64,000 nt of DNA from Firmicutes bacterium UBA3570 (lineage in GTDB: Bacteria > Bacillota > Sulfobacillia > UBA3561). The DNA lies in NCBI GenBank assembly GCA_002376005.1, contig DFNJ01000027.1, positions 8,587-72,586 on the forward strand, in the 5' to 3' direction. Made by a program: the position numbers and the translations under genes. Below the pieces are notes generated by a model. The model did no database searches and was not told where the DNA came from. It was given only the letters and a program-made list of their open reading frames with translations. Shown one piece after another: positions 29,452-38,961 of this stretch. The stretch's first letter is position 1, and every line of letters starts with the position of its first letter.

Positions 29452-30093
29452 GTGGAGCGTAAAGTCCGATACCGGCACCTGAGGACTGTCGTGCTGTTCA
29501 TGGAGAATATCCTGGCGGGAGTCATCGTTCTGGCGGTGGTGGCCAGTGCGGCGGACGTGTACGGGCTGTTCCTGAACCTGATTCGTACTCCTGCCCCCCA
29601 GGCATACACGGAGCTGGAGGCCTTCCTCGCACACGTGTTGTTGATGGTAGTGGGTCTCGAGCTGGCCTTGATGCTCATCCGCCACACGCCGGGCAGCGTG
29701 ATCGAGGTCATGCTATATGCGGTGGCCCGCAAGATGTTGCTGTATACCACCCGCGCGTACGAAATAGCGGTGGGCGTGGCGGCTCTGGCGGGTCTGTTCG
29801 CCATCAGGAGGTTTCTGTTCGTCTCCCGGATGGAGGAGCTCGAGGGGTACGTTCTCAGCGCCGCGACTCCAGTCAAGGACGTGAATCGGATCGTGGGGGT
29901 GCACATCCCTGAGGATTTGGCGAAGACGATAGGGGGCGTGGTGGCGGAACTGGCCGGTGAAGCCCCTATCAACCGCTACGATACGTTCAAGATTGCCGAT
30001 GCCGAGATTGAAGTGTTGGCCGTTGAGGGTGGCGTGGTGGAGAAAGTGCGCATCGTCGACTTGTCTCACAAGCATCGGCGGGATGTTGGGTGA
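29452..30093 (+). CDS. PsiE-like membrane protein fused to a CorC/HlyC transporter-associated domain
   Basis: Four TM helices with VGLEL..ML..H.PGSVIEV...AVARK; C-terminal LSA.TP..DVN...G..IP....TIGG.V. Confidence 0.7.
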   Translation: MERKVRYRHLRTVVLFMENILAGVIVLAVVASAADVYGLFLNLIRTPAPQAYTELEAFLAHVLLMVVGLELALMLIRHTPGSVIEVMLYAVARKMLLYTTRAYEIAVGVAALAGLFAIRRFLFVSRMEELEGYVLSAATPVKDVNRIVGVHIPEDLAKTIGGVVAELAGEAPINRYDTFKIADAEIEVLAVEGGVVEKVRIVDLSHKHRRDVG

Positions 30094-31232
30094 AATCTAG
30101 CCGGCTTCGTTTTCGATTGATTGCCGAGGACGGTTCCGCGCGGTGCGCATGGCTGGAGACCGCCCACGGGAGGGTGCAAACCCCCGCGTTCATGCCGGTG
30201 GCCACCATCGGGGTGGTGAAATCGGTTGATCCGGCCGAGCTGCGCTCGGTGGGCGCGGAACTGTTGCTGGGTAACGCCTACCACCTGTGGTTGCGCCCTG
30301 GACCCACGGTAGTGGAGAAAGCGGGTGGTCTGGCCCGCTTCACCGGATGGAACGGCCCCATGCTGACGGACAGCGGTGGCTTTCAGGTTTTCTCCCTGGG
30401 ATCCCTGGTCCGGGTGACTCCCGAGGGTGCACTCTTCAAGTCGCATCTGGACGGTTCGCTGCGTTTCCTGTCTCCGGAGGACTGTATGACCATCCAGCGG
30501 CAGCTGGGGGCCGACCTGGTGATGCCGCTGGATGTCTGTCCGCCGGCGGATGCACCGGAGGAGGAGCTGCGTCAGGCGGTGAACCTGAGCGTGGAATGGG
30601 CGCGACGGTCGCTGGCCTGCCCTTTGGCTGAGCACCAGCACTTGTTTGCCATCGTACAGGGAGGGGTAGACCGCGACCTTCGTGTCCAGTGCGCGCAGGA
30701 ATTGATGGCCGAGGACTTCGCGGGGTTTGCGGTGGGGGGGCTGGCGGTAGGGGAGAGCAAGGAGGCCATGTACCGGACGGTGCAGCTTATGGCCGATATC
30801 CTGCCTGCCGATCGCCCCCGCTACCTGATGGGTGTGGGGGATCCCTGGGACCTGCTGGTCTGCGTGGGGTTGGGGATGGACCTGTTCGATTCGGTTCTCC
30901 CCACCCGGAATGGGCGGCACGGCACGGTGTGGACTGCTGAGGGAAAACTCAACCTCCACGGTGCGGCTCTGGCCGAGGACTACCAACCCCTGGATGGCAC
31001 CTGCGACTGCCCGGCCTGCACGGGTTACACGCGCGCGTACCTGCGTCATCTGTTCAGGGTGGGTGATAGCCTGGGCTGGAGGTTGGCCAGCCTGCACAAT
31101 TTGCGTTTTTTGTTCAGGCTGCTCGAAGGAGCCCGACAGGCCATCAAAGAAGGCAGATATGACGAATACGTGGCTGGATGGCGCGATGTGCTCCAACAGC
31201 CGGGTGGGGCCCGGGTACCGGGCCGGGGATGA
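30090..31232 (+). CDS. tgt: Queuine/preQ1 tRNA-guanine transglycosylase
   Basis: TPAFMPV.T, DSGGFQVFSL, QGG, GGLAVGE, RYLMGVG, CDCPAC...HN. Confidence 0.97.
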   Translation: MKSSRLRFRLIAEDGSARCAWLETAHGRVQTPAFMPVATIGVVKSVDPAELRSVGAELLLGNAYHLWLRPGPTVVEKAGGLARFTGWNGPMLTDSGGFQVFSLGSLVRVTPEGALFKSHLDGSLRFLSPEDCMTIQRQLGADLVMPLDVCPPADAPEEELRQAVNLSVEWARRSLACPLAEHQHLFAIVQGGVDRDLRVQCAQELMAEDFAGFAVGGLAVGESKEAMYRTVQLMADILPADRPRYLMGVGDPWDLLVCVGLGMDLFDSVLPTRNGRHGTVWTAEGKLNLHGAALAEDYQPLDGTCDCPACTGYTRAYLRHLFRVGDSLGWRLASLHNLRFLFRLLEGARQAIKEGRYDEYVAGWRDVLQQPGGARVPGRG

Positions 31233-31262
31233 ACTTTTATGCCGAAGAAGGGAGCTGGTGAG

Positions 31263-31535
31263 ATGTCTCCTCAGTTTCTGGGAAGTCTGCTCTGGTTGGC
31301 GCTGTTGTTCGGGATCATGTATTTTCTCCTCATCAGACCCCAGCAGCAACAGCAAAGGCGACGGCAGCAGATGTTGGATTCGCTGCGGGAAGGAGACCGC
31401 ATAGTCACTACCGGCGGACTGCACGGCACCATACTGCGCATCCGAGGAGAGGAGCTGACGGTGCGCATAGCCGATCAGGTGGATGTGAAGCTGAGCCGAA
31501 GCGGAGTGGCCTACAAGCTGGAGCGTGAATCCTGA
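31263..31535 (+). CDS. yajC: Preprotein translocase subunit YajC
   Basis: YFLLIRPQ, L..GD.IVT.GGL.G. Confidence 0.93.
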   Translation: MSPQFLGSLLWLALLFGIMYFLLIRPQQQQQRRRQQMLDSLREGDRIVTTGGLHGTILRIRGEELTVRIADQVDVKLSRSGVAYKLERES

Positions 31536-31604
31536 AGACCTCGATGAATGGACCGCCCTGGTGGTCCAATTGTGGGGGCCTTGTCCTTTTTCTGTGCCGC
31601 TAGC

Positions 31605-31629
31605 AGGAATTCCAGCCGTCCCGGCGAAC
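31605..31629 (+). promoter_or_regulatory. sigma-H-like promoter of the GntR-kor-gdh-mut-mmd operon
   Basis: AGGAATT-N14-GAAC (consensus AGGAwWW..GAAT). Confidence 0.55.
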
Positions 31630-31650
31630 AATATGCCCGGAATGGCCTGA

Positions 31651-31670
31651 TGGGTCAGTCCACTGGGCCA
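31651..31670. promoter_or_regulatory. Candidate GntR operator (imperfect palindrome abutting the SD)
   Basis: TGGGTCAGT-CC-ACTGGGCCA; a second 20-bp TGG..CCA palindrome lies at 31549-31568. Confidence 0.4.
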
Positions 31671-31683
31671 AGGAGGCGCGCAC

Positions 31684-32691
31684 ATGCGTTTCGCAGTGGA
31701 CCGGGAAGAGGGATTGCCGCTGTATCTGCAGGTGGTCAGGCAGATCGAGCAGATGATCGCCGCGGGGTTATGGGAAGCGGGGACGCAGCTACCCCCGGAG
31801 AGGGAACTGGCACGGGCGCTGGGGGTCAGCAGGAACACCATCAGCATGGCGTACAAGAGGCTGGAGTCCGAAGGCGTGCTGGTTTCCCGCCAGGGGAGAG
31901 GCACTTTCGTGGCCGCGCGAGGAGAGGTCAGCCAGCGCCCACGAGGACGTAAGCGACTGGAGCGCTTGCTGGACCTGGCCATTGAAGAGGCTTTGTACTT
32001 CGGCTATTCGTTGGAGCAATTCGTGGAGCTGGCCAGGGCCAAGGCAGAGGAGAAGCGGGAGCTTTTGCGCCGGGTGCGGGTGGCCTTCGTGGAGTGCAAT
32101 CGGGAGCAGCTGGACTATTTCTCCCGGGAGCTGGAGCTGGGTTCGGGGGTGAGCATAATCCCGGTATTGCTGGACGAACTCAGGGCCGGCCACCAGCACG
32201 CGCAGCAGGCCCTCCGGGAGGCGGACTTGATAGTGACCACTTTCTTCCACCTCCAGGAAGTGGAACGGCTGATCCCCGATCCCGGTCAGGAGCTGCTGGG
32301 CATAGCTTTAGACCCCGACATGGAGACCATCGTCCGCATTGCCCGGTTGCCCCAGGGAACGCGGGTGGGTTTGGTGTGTTTGTCATGGGCGTTTGCCGAC
32401 CGGGTGCGGCAGTCTATTCGCAATGCGGGTATCACCGGCCTGGAATTGTTAGCCACGGTGGAACGGGATCGGGAGCGCTTGCGGGAGTTCCTGCGGGACG
32501 TAGATGCGGTCATTGCATCTCCCGGACGCCGCCGGGAGGTGGAAGAGATGCTCAGCCGCGATGATGTGGAGGTCATCGAGTTCATCTACCGGCCCGATGC
32601 AGGTTCTGTGAACTTGCTCAGGAGCGTATTGCTGGAGAGCAGGTCAAAACCGCTGTTTCGAGGAGTGATCACCCTTGGGCGTTCGAAATGA
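31684..32691 (+). CDS. GntR-family regulator with a long alpha/beta C-terminal effector region
   Basis: PLYLQV, LPPERELA..LGVSRNT..AY..LE, QGRGTFV wHTH; AGGAGG SD. Confidence 0.92.
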   Translation: MRFAVDREEGLPLYLQVVRQIEQMIAAGLWEAGTQLPPERELARALGVSRNTISMAYKRLESEGVLVSRQGRGTFVAARGEVSQRPRGRKRLERLLDLAIEEALYFGYSLEQFVELARAKAEEKRELLRRVRVAFVECNREQLDYFSRELELGSGVSIIPVLLDELRAGHQHAQQALREADLIVTTFFHLQEVERLIPDPGQELLGIALDPDMETIVRIARLPQGTRVGLVCLSWAFADRVRQSIRNAGITGLELLATVERDRERLREFLRDVDAVIASPGRRREVEEMLSRDDVEVIEFIYRPDAGSVNLLRSVLLESRSKPLFRGVITLGRSK

Positions 32692-32902
32692 GCGCGGGTT
32701 GCGGGCCCGTATTGAGTTCAACCCGCGGTGGTGCAAGGCGTGTGGAATCTGCATCGCATTCTGCCCCGCGTCGGTCTTTGACACAGACCAGGACGGCAGG
32801 CCCATCGTGGCGCGACCGGAGGCATGCACGGGGTGTCAGCTCTGCGAGCTGCGCTGCCCGGATTTTGCCATCGCCGTGGAGGTGGAGCGGGAGGGTGAGT
32901 GA
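32675..32902 (+). CDS. korD: 2x[4Fe-4S] ferredoxin subunit (delta) of 2-oxoacid:ferredoxin oxidoreductase
   Basis: CKACGICIAFCP and CTGCQLCELRCPDFAI. Confidence 0.9.
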   Translation: MGVRNERGLRARIEFNPRWCKACGICIAFCPASVFDTDQDGRPIVARPEACTGCQLCELRCPDFAIAVEVEREGE

Positions 32903-34022
32903 ACGCGGCGAGATCCGTCTCGTGCAGGGCAACGAAGCGTGTGCGGAGGCAGCCCTGGCCGCAGGAGTGAGGTTTTTCGCGGGCTACCCGATAACCCCCT
33001 CTTCCGAGATAGCGGAGATAATGGCTGTCAGGCTGCCGCAGCTGGGGGGTAAGTTCATCCAGATGGAGGACGAGATCGCCAGCATGGCGGCAACCATCGG
33101 GGCGTCGCTGGCCGGGGTGAAGGCCATGACCGCCACCAGCGGTCCCGGTTTTTCGCTCAAGCAGGAGAACATAGGCTACGCCGCACTGGCCGAGATCCCC
33201 TGCGTGGTGGTGAACGTCCAGCGGATTGGACCCAGTACCGGCATGCCCACTTCGCCTTCCCAGGGGGACGTCATGCAGTCCAGGTGGGGGACCCATGGAG
33301 ACCACCCGGTAGTGGTGTTCTGCCCCTGGTCGGTCCGCGAGGTTTACGACCTTACCGTTCACAGCGTCAACGTTGCGGAGCGATTGCGGATGCCGGTCAT
33401 CCTGTTGATGGATGAAGTGGTTGCTCACATGAGGGAGAAGATCGAGATCCCCCCTCAGGTGGAGACGGTGGATCGGCCGCGACCCAGTGGTGATCGTCAG
33501 GATTACCTTCCCTACGACGACAGCAGCGACGTGCCACCCATGGCTGCCTTCGGTGACGGCTACCGCTTCCACGTCACCGGGCTCTATCACGGCCCCTCGG
33601 GTTTTCCCACCACCGATCCCGAAGTGGCAGATCGTCTGATAAGGCGGCTGTGCGGGAAGGTGCAAAGACGCAGACAGCAGCTCGCACTCACCTCGGCCCA
33701 CCTGGTGGATGACGCTGAGGTCTTGGTGGTGGCGTACGGAGCAGCCGCCCGCTCGGCCCTGCGGGCGGTCCGGGAAGCGAGATCGGAAGGGGTGAGGGCG
33801 GGTCTGCTGAAGATCTCCACCATATGGCCCTTCCCCCAGGAGGTATTGCTGTCGCTGGCCGCACGGGTGCGTCGGGTGGTGGTGGTGGAGATGAACCTGG
33901 GTCAGCTGGTGCTGGAAGTGGAGCGAGTGCTGAAGGGACGGGCTCCCGTTCAGCACGTGGGCCGGGTGGACGGGGAGTTGGTAACCCCGGAGGAGATCCG
34001 GGCCGCGCTGGAGGGGGTGTGA
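32895..34022 (+). CDS. korA: 2-oxoglutarate:ferredoxin oxidoreductase alpha subunit
   Basis: GNEA, YPITPSSEI, QMEDEI, TATSGPGFSL, PSTGMPT; substrate inferred from context. Confidence 0.88.
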   Translation: MSERGEIRLVQGNEACAEAALAAGVRFFAGYPITPSSEIAEIMAVRLPQLGGKFIQMEDEIASMAATIGASLAGVKAMTATSGPGFSLKQENIGYAALAEIPCVVVNVQRIGPSTGMPTSPSQGDVMQSRWGTHGDHPVVVFCPWSVREVYDLTVHSVNVAERLRMPVILLMDEVVAHMREKIEIPPQVETVDRPRPSGDRQDYLPYDDSSDVPPMAAFGDGYRFHVTGLYHGPSGFPTTDPEVADRLIRRLCGKVQRRRQQLALTSAHLVDDAEVLVVAYGAAARSALRAVREARSEGVRAGLLKISTIWPFPQEVLLSLAARVRRVVVVEMNLGQLVLEVERVLKGRAPVQHVGRVDGELVTPEEIRAALEGV

Positions 34023-34026
34023 AGAG

Positions 34027-34839
34027 ATGAAGCGCTATCTGCGGCAGCAGTACATGCCCCACATCTGGTGCCCCGGGTGCGGCAATGGGATCGTGCTGGG
34101 AGCGCTGCTGCGGGCAATATCACGGCTGGGGTGGGACCAGGACCGCATCGCCGTGGTCTCGGGCATCGGTTGTTCATCGCGAGCCACCGGATATCTGGAC
34201 TTCGACACGCTTCATACCACTCACGGCCGGGCACTGGCCTTTGCCACCGGTTTGAAGCTGGCCAGGCCAGAGCTGAAGGTGATCGTGGTGGGCGGAGATG
34301 GCGATCTGGCCGCCATTGGGGGCAATCACCTCATCCACGCTGCCCGGCGCAATATCGACATCACCACCATTTGCGTCAATAACCGCATTTACGGCATGAC
34401 CAGCGGGCAGGCCTCGCCGCTGACCCCTAAAGGGAGATTGGCTACCACCGCTCCCTACGGGAATGTGGACCGGCCCTTCGATTTGTGCCAGCTGGTTCAG
34501 GCGGCGGGGGCGACGTACGTGGCCAGATCCACCACCTACCATGTCCGGCAGCTATGCAACCTCATTGCCGAGGCCTTAGAAAACAGAGGGTTTTCCTTCG
34601 TGGAGGCCGTCGCCCAGTGTCCGGTGTACTACGGTCGCCGGAACCGGCTGGGCACGGCGGTGGATATGCTCAAGTATTACCGGGATCATGCGGTGACGGT
34701 GCGGGCCGCCCAGTCGATGCAGCCTGAACAGCTGGCAGACAAGATAATCATCGGGCGCCTGCACCACGTCGTGGAGCCGGATTACGAGAGCGAGTACGCC
34801 CGAGTGATGGAAGAAGCCAGGAGGAGAGCGGACAGATGA
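34027..34839 (+). CDS. korB: 2-oxoglutarate:ferredoxin oxidoreductase beta subunit (TPP-binding)
   Basis: WCPGCG, SGIGCS, HTTHGRA, GDGD...NN..YGMT.GQ. Confidence 0.88.
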   Translation: MKRYLRQQYMPHIWCPGCGNGIVLGALLRAISRLGWDQDRIAVVSGIGCSSRATGYLDFDTLHTTHGRALAFATGLKLARPELKVIVVGGDGDLAAIGGNHLIHAARRNIDITTICVNNRIYGMTSGQASPLTPKGRLATTAPYGNVDRPFDLCQLVQAAGATYVARSTTYHVRQLCNLIAEALENRGFSFVEAVAQCPVYYGRRNRLGTAVDMLKYYRDHAVTVRAAQSMQPEQLADKIIIGRLHHVVEPDYESEYARVMEEARRRADR

Positions 34840-35387
34840 AGGGCAGGGTGGAGATCCGAATCGCGGGAGAAGGTGGCCAGGGGGTTATCCTGGCGGGCAT
34901 TATCCTGGCAGAGGCGGCGGCGGTTTGGCAGGGGCTGAACGCCACGCAGAGCCAGTCCTACGGCCCGGAGTCACGCGGTGGGGCCTCTCGGGCCGAGGTC
35001 ATCATTGATGAGGAAGAAATCGACTATCCCCGGGTCCGGCAGCCTCACGTCCTGCTCGCCCTGAGCCAGGAGGCTCTGGACAAGTACCTGCCTGACGTCC
35101 GCGACGGTGGGGTGGTGATCGTGGACCAGGATCGGGTGGTACCGCCCGCGTGCCCGCGCAGGCGGCTGATTGAAGCGCCCATTACCCGCCTGGCCCGGGA
35201 GAAGTTGGGCCGCGCCATCGTGGCCAACATGGTGGCCTTGGGTGTGCTGGCGCGGGTGTCGGGGGTGGTGACGCTGGAAGCTCTCAGGAGCGCCGTTGCC
35301 CATCGAGCCCCCTCCGGAACCGAGGAGGTCAACCTCAGGGCCCTGGAGCTGGGGTATCACGCGCCAGTCAGGGAGGTAAGCGACTGA
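34836..35387 (+). CDS. korC: 2-oxoglutarate:ferredoxin oxidoreductase gamma subunit
   Basis: GEGGQG, QSYGPESRGG, ANMVALG. Confidence 0.88.
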   Translation: MKGRVEIRIAGEGGQGVILAGIILAEAAAVWQGLNATQSQSYGPESRGGASRAEVIIDEEEIDYPRVRQPHVLLALSQEALDKYLPDVRDGGVVIVDQDRVVPPACPRRRLIEAPITRLAREKLGRAIVANMVALGVLARVSGVVTLEALRSAVAHRAPSGTEEVNLRALELGYHAPVREVSD

Positions 35388-35465
35388 ACAGTAGGCCCGT
35401 GGTTGGAGGTCGGCTGCGTGCAGTACCCGGAGTGATCGGCCAAAAATCTCAAGGGGGGAGCGAGA

Positions 35466-36734
35466 ATGCCCAAGGGAGTCACCGGAGAGGAAACCCTCAA
35501 CGTCTACGAAATAGTGAAGAAGCAGATTGCGGACGTGTGTAAAGCCCTGAATCTGGAGCCCGCGGTTTACGAGATCCTGAAGCAGCCGCAGCGTTTTCTG
35601 GAGGTATCCATTCCCGTCCGCATGGATGACGGGTCGGTCAAGGTGTTCACCGGTTACCGCTCGCAACACAATGATGCCCTCGGGCCCACCAAGGGCGGGT
35701 TGAGGTATCACCCCGACGTGTACGCCGACGAGGTCAAGGCCCTCTCCATGTGGATGACCTTCAAGTGCGCCGTGCTTGGTTTGCCCTACGGGGGAGGTAA
35801 GGGAGCGATAAAGTGTGATCCCAAGTCGCTGTCCCGCGGCGAGCTGGAGAGACTGTCCCGCGGGTTCATCAGGGCGATAGCCCAGGTGATTGGTACCGAG
35901 AAGGACATCCCGGCACCCGACGTGTACACCAACCCGCAGATCATGGCCTGGATGGTGGACGAGTACTCGGCGATCAGGCAACAGAACGACTTCGGGGTGA
36001 TTACGGGCAAGCCGCTGAGCATCGGTGGGTCCGCTGGCCGCAACGAGGCCACTGCCCGGGGGTGCTGCGTGGTGGCTCGCGAGGCCTGCAAGCGGCTGGG
36101 TATTCAGCTGGAAGGTGCCCGGGTAGTGGTGCAGGGGTACGGCAATGCCGGCAGCATCGCCGCCCGGCTGATGGCGGAAATGGGGGCAAAGGTGATAGCG
36201 GTCACCGATTCCAGGGGTGGAGCCTACTCGGAGGAGGGCCTGGACCCCAGGGCGGTCCTCGAGCACAAGGAGAAGACCGGTTCCGTCAAGGACTTCCCGG
36301 GTTCGAAGGAGATCGACAACGATCAGCTGTACGCGCTGGACTGCGACATAATAATCCCGGCGGCCCTTGAGAACCAAATCACCCTGGAGCGGGCCAGGAC
36401 CATCAAGGCTAAGATCATCTCGGAAGCGGCCAACGGCCCCACCACGCCGGAGGCCGATGATCTGCTGTTCGAGCGAGGAGTCCTGGTCATCCCGGATATC
36501 CTGGCATCCGCGGGAGGAGTCACCGTCTCCTACTTCGAATGGGTGCAGAATCTCACCGGGTATTACTGGACGGAGGAAGAAGTGAACTCGAGACTGGAAG
36601 CCAAGATGATCCAGGCGTTCAACGAAGTGTACGAGATGCACCGCAACCAGGGAGTGAAGATGCGCGATGCTGCTTACATGGTAGCAATAAAGCGGGTAGC
36701 GGACGCCATGCGCCTGCGGGGATGGCTGGGATGA
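35466..36734 (+). CDS. gdhA: Glutamate dehydrogenase
   Basis: [51 protein letters not shown]. Confidence 0.96.
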   Translation: MPKGVTGEETLNVYEIVKKQIADVCKALNLEPAVYEILKQPQRFLEVSIPVRMDDGSVKVFTGYRSQHNDALGPTKGGLRYHPDVYADEVKALSMWMTFKCAVLGLPYGGGKGAIKCDPKSLSRGELERLSRGFIRAIAQVIGTEKDIPAPDVYTNPQIMAWMVDEYSAIRQQNDFGVITGKPLSIGGSAGRNEATARGCCVVAREACKRLGIQLEGARVVVQGYGNAGSIAARLMAEMGAKVIAVTDSRGGAYSEEGLDPRAVLEHKEKTGSVKDFPGSKEIDNDQLYALDCDIIIPAALENQITLERARTIKAKIISEAANGPTTPEADDLLFERGVLVIPDILASAGGVTVSYFEWVQNLTGYYWTEEEVNSRLEAKMIQAFNEVYEMHRNQGVKMRDAAYMVAIKRVADAMRLRGWLG

Positions 36735-36740
36735 TGCAGA

Positions 36741-36774
36741 GGGGTGGCGCGGCCAGGCAAGGGCGCGCCACCCC
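36741..36774 (+). terminator. Strong GC hairpin after gdh (no U-tract; stabiliser or pause site)
   Basis: GGGGTGGCGCG-N12-CGCGCCACCCC, 11-bp perfect stem. Confidence 0.55.
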
Positions 36775-36798
36775 CCAAACCAACCCGGCAATGGAGGG

Positions 36799-38487
36799 GT
36801 GAGAGTGGACCAGTGTCATGAGCGGGAGGAGCTGAGGCGCCAGCGCCGACGGTGGGAACAGGAGGTGGTGGCTAAGGCCACCGCGCGGTTCCCGGAGCGG
36901 CAGGCCGAGTTCCGCACCCTGTCCGGGCTTTCGGTGCAGCGGCTATACGGGCCCGACGACCTGGAGGAGTTTTCATACCTGAGGGATCTCGGCTTTCCCG
37001 GCCAGTACCCCTTCACCCGTGGAATATACCCCACCATGTACCGGGGCCGATTCTGGACCATGCGACAGTACGCCGGATACGGAAGCGCCCGGGAGACCAA
37101 CGCCCGGTTTCGATATCTGCTCGAGCAAGGGCAGACCGGCCTGAGCGTGGCTTTCGATCTGCCGACCCAGCTGGGGTACGATTCGGATCACCCTCTGGCG
37201 GAAGGAGAGGTGGGGAGGGTGGGGGTGGCCATCGACACCCTGGCGGACATGGAGGAGCTGTTCGCGGATATACCGCTGAACAAGGTGACCACCTCCATGA
37301 CCATCAATGCCCCGGCGGCGGTGCTGCTGGGCATGTACGTGGCACTGGCCGACCAGCGAGGTATACCGCGCGACCAGCTGGCGGGGACGGTTCAGAACGA
37401 TATACTTAAAGAATATGCGGCGCGCGGCACTTACATCTTCCCCCCGGCACCCTCCATGCGCCTGGTGACCGACGTGTTTGCTTTCGGATCTTCCGAGCTG
37501 CCCCGTTTCAACACCATCAGCATCTCCGGGTATCACATCCGGGAAGCGGGGGCAACCGCGGTGCAGGAGCTGGCCTTCACCTTTGCCAACGCCATTGCCT
37601 ACGTCCAGGCGGCGGTGGATCGCGGCTTGCGCGTGGATGATTTCGCACCACGGCTTTCCTTCTTCTTCAACGCCCACATGGATTTCTTCGAGGAAATTGC
37701 CAAGTTCCGGGCTGCCCGCCGGATTTGGGCCACCATCATGAAGGAGCGGTTCGGGGCGCGGGATCCGCGTTCGCAGTGCCTGCGTTTTCACACCCAGACC
37801 GCCGGGTCGTCCCTCACCGCTCAGCAACCGGACTGCAACGTGGTGCGGGTGACCATACAGGCCCTGGCGGCGGTGTTGGGGGGCACGCAGAGCCTGCACA
37901 CCAATTCCTGGGACGAGGCGCTGGGACTGCCCACCGAGCAAGCGGTGCGGGTTGCCCTGCGGACGCAGCAGATCATTGCGCACGAAAGCGGAGTGACCAA
38001 TACCGTTGACCCCCTGGGCGGCAGTTACTTCCTCGAACACCTCACCGCCGACATTGAGAGAGCGGTGTGGGAATATCTGGAGCGCATACAGGAGATGGGC
38101 GGAGCGGTCCGGGCCATCGAACTGGGATTCATTCAACGGGAAATCGAGGATGCCGCGTACCGCTACCAAAGGGAAGTAGAATCGGGCCTGAGGACGGTGG
38201 TGGGAGTCAACGCCTTCGTGGTGCCGGAGGAGACGCGATCCTACCAGGCGCTGGAGGTAGATCCCCAGGTTGCCAGGACCCAGAAGGAAAAACTGGAGAA
38301 GATCAGGCGCCAGCGGGATCAACGGGCGGTGGAGCGCGCCCTGGAGCGCCTGCGCGAGGCGGCGGCTGGGGAGGAGAACCTCATGGAGCCCATCATCGAG
38401 GCGGTGAAGGCATACGCCACCCTGGGGGAGATCTGCGGAGTACTCAGGGGGGTGTTTGGCGAGTACCGGGAGGCAGGTGCTACGTGA
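36799..38487 (+). CDS. Methylmalonyl-CoA mutase, substrate-binding (TIM barrel) subunit
   Basis: [57 protein letters not shown]; no DxHxxG B12 domain. Confidence 0.93.
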   Translation: MRVDQCHEREELRRQRRRWEQEVVAKATARFPERQAEFRTLSGLSVQRLYGPDDLEEFSYLRDLGFPGQYPFTRGIYPTMYRGRFWTMRQYAGYGSARETNARFRYLLEQGQTGLSVAFDLPTQLGYDSDHPLAEGEVGRVGVAIDTLADMEELFADIPLNKVTTSMTINAPAAVLLGMYVALADQRGIPRDQLAGTVQNDILKEYAARGTYIFPPAPSMRLVTDVFAFGSSELPRFNTISISGYHIREAGATAVQELAFTFANAIAYVQAAVDRGLRVDDFAPRLSFFFNAHMDFFEEIAKFRAARRIWATIMKERFGARDPRSQCLRFHTQTAGSSLTAQQPDCNVVRVTIQALAAVLGGTQSLHTNSWDEALGLPTEQAVRVALRTQQIIAHESGVTNTVDPLGGSYFLEHLTADIERAVWEYLERIQEMGGAVRAIELGFIQREIEDAAYRYQREVESGLRTVVGVNAFVVPEETRSYQALEVDPQVARTQKEKLEKIRRQRDQRAVERALERLREAAAGEENLMEPIIEAVKAYATLGEICGVLRGVFGEYREAGAT

Positions 38488-38547
38488 GCTCTCCAGCCGG
38501 CGGGTGGAGATGCCCCAGGAGCGAAGATTGACCAGGGAGGGTTTTTC

Positions 38548-38949
38548 ATGATAAAGGGTCTCGATCATGTGGCGGTGGCGGTGCGGGACCTGGATGAGGC
38601 GGTTGAGCTTTACTGCCGCGTTCTGGGATTTCGGCTTCGCGGACGGGAGACGGTCAGCTCCCAGCGGGTGGAGGTGGCCTTCCTGGAGGCGGGCGGATTC
38701 TGCCTGGAGCTGGTATCCCCGGTAGATGCCGACTCTCCGGTGGCCCGATTCCTGGAGCGCCGGGGAGAGGGGATGCATCATGTGAGTCTGGAGGTGGAGG
38801 ATGTCGAGGCGGCGCTGGCCCGGGCGCGCGCGGCTGGCTGTCGGTTGGTGGACGAGCGACCGCGCGAGGGGGCGGAGGGCAAGCTGGTGGCCTTTCTGCA
38901 TCCCAAGAGCCTGAAGGGCGTTCTGGTGGAGCTGTGTACGCGGCGTTGA
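38548..38949 (+). CDS. mce: Methylmalonyl-CoA epimerase
   Basis: DHVAVAV, LEL.SP, GEGMHH, FLHPK...GVLVEL. Confidence 0.94.
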   Translation: MIKGLDHVAVAVRDLDEAVELYCRVLGFRLRGRETVSSQRVEVAFLEAGGFCLELVSPVDADSPVARFLERRGEGMHHVSLEVEDVEAALARARAAGCRLVDERPREGAEGKLVAFLHPKSLKGVLVELCTRR

Positions 38950-38961
38950 GGGCAAGGGGGG

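Noticed and set aside
31341..31370. CAG/CAA run in yajC as a phase-variable repeat
   Set aside because: Short, impure and in frame; it matches the normal QQ/KR-rich segment of YajC.
30066..31982. 638-aa minus-strand ORF
   Set aside because: Antisense shadow of tgt, yajC and gntR; typical high-GC artefact with no motifs.
36799..38487. Mutase as isobutyryl-CoA or 2-hydroxyisobutyryl-CoA mutase
   Set aside because: Specificity positions are Tyr (RQYAG) and Arg (YAARG), not Phe/Ile and Gln; mce and mmd are adjacent.
34971..38955. 606-aa and 660-aa minus-strand ORFs
   Set aside because: Antisense to gdh and mutase/epimerase, which carry clear conserved motifs.
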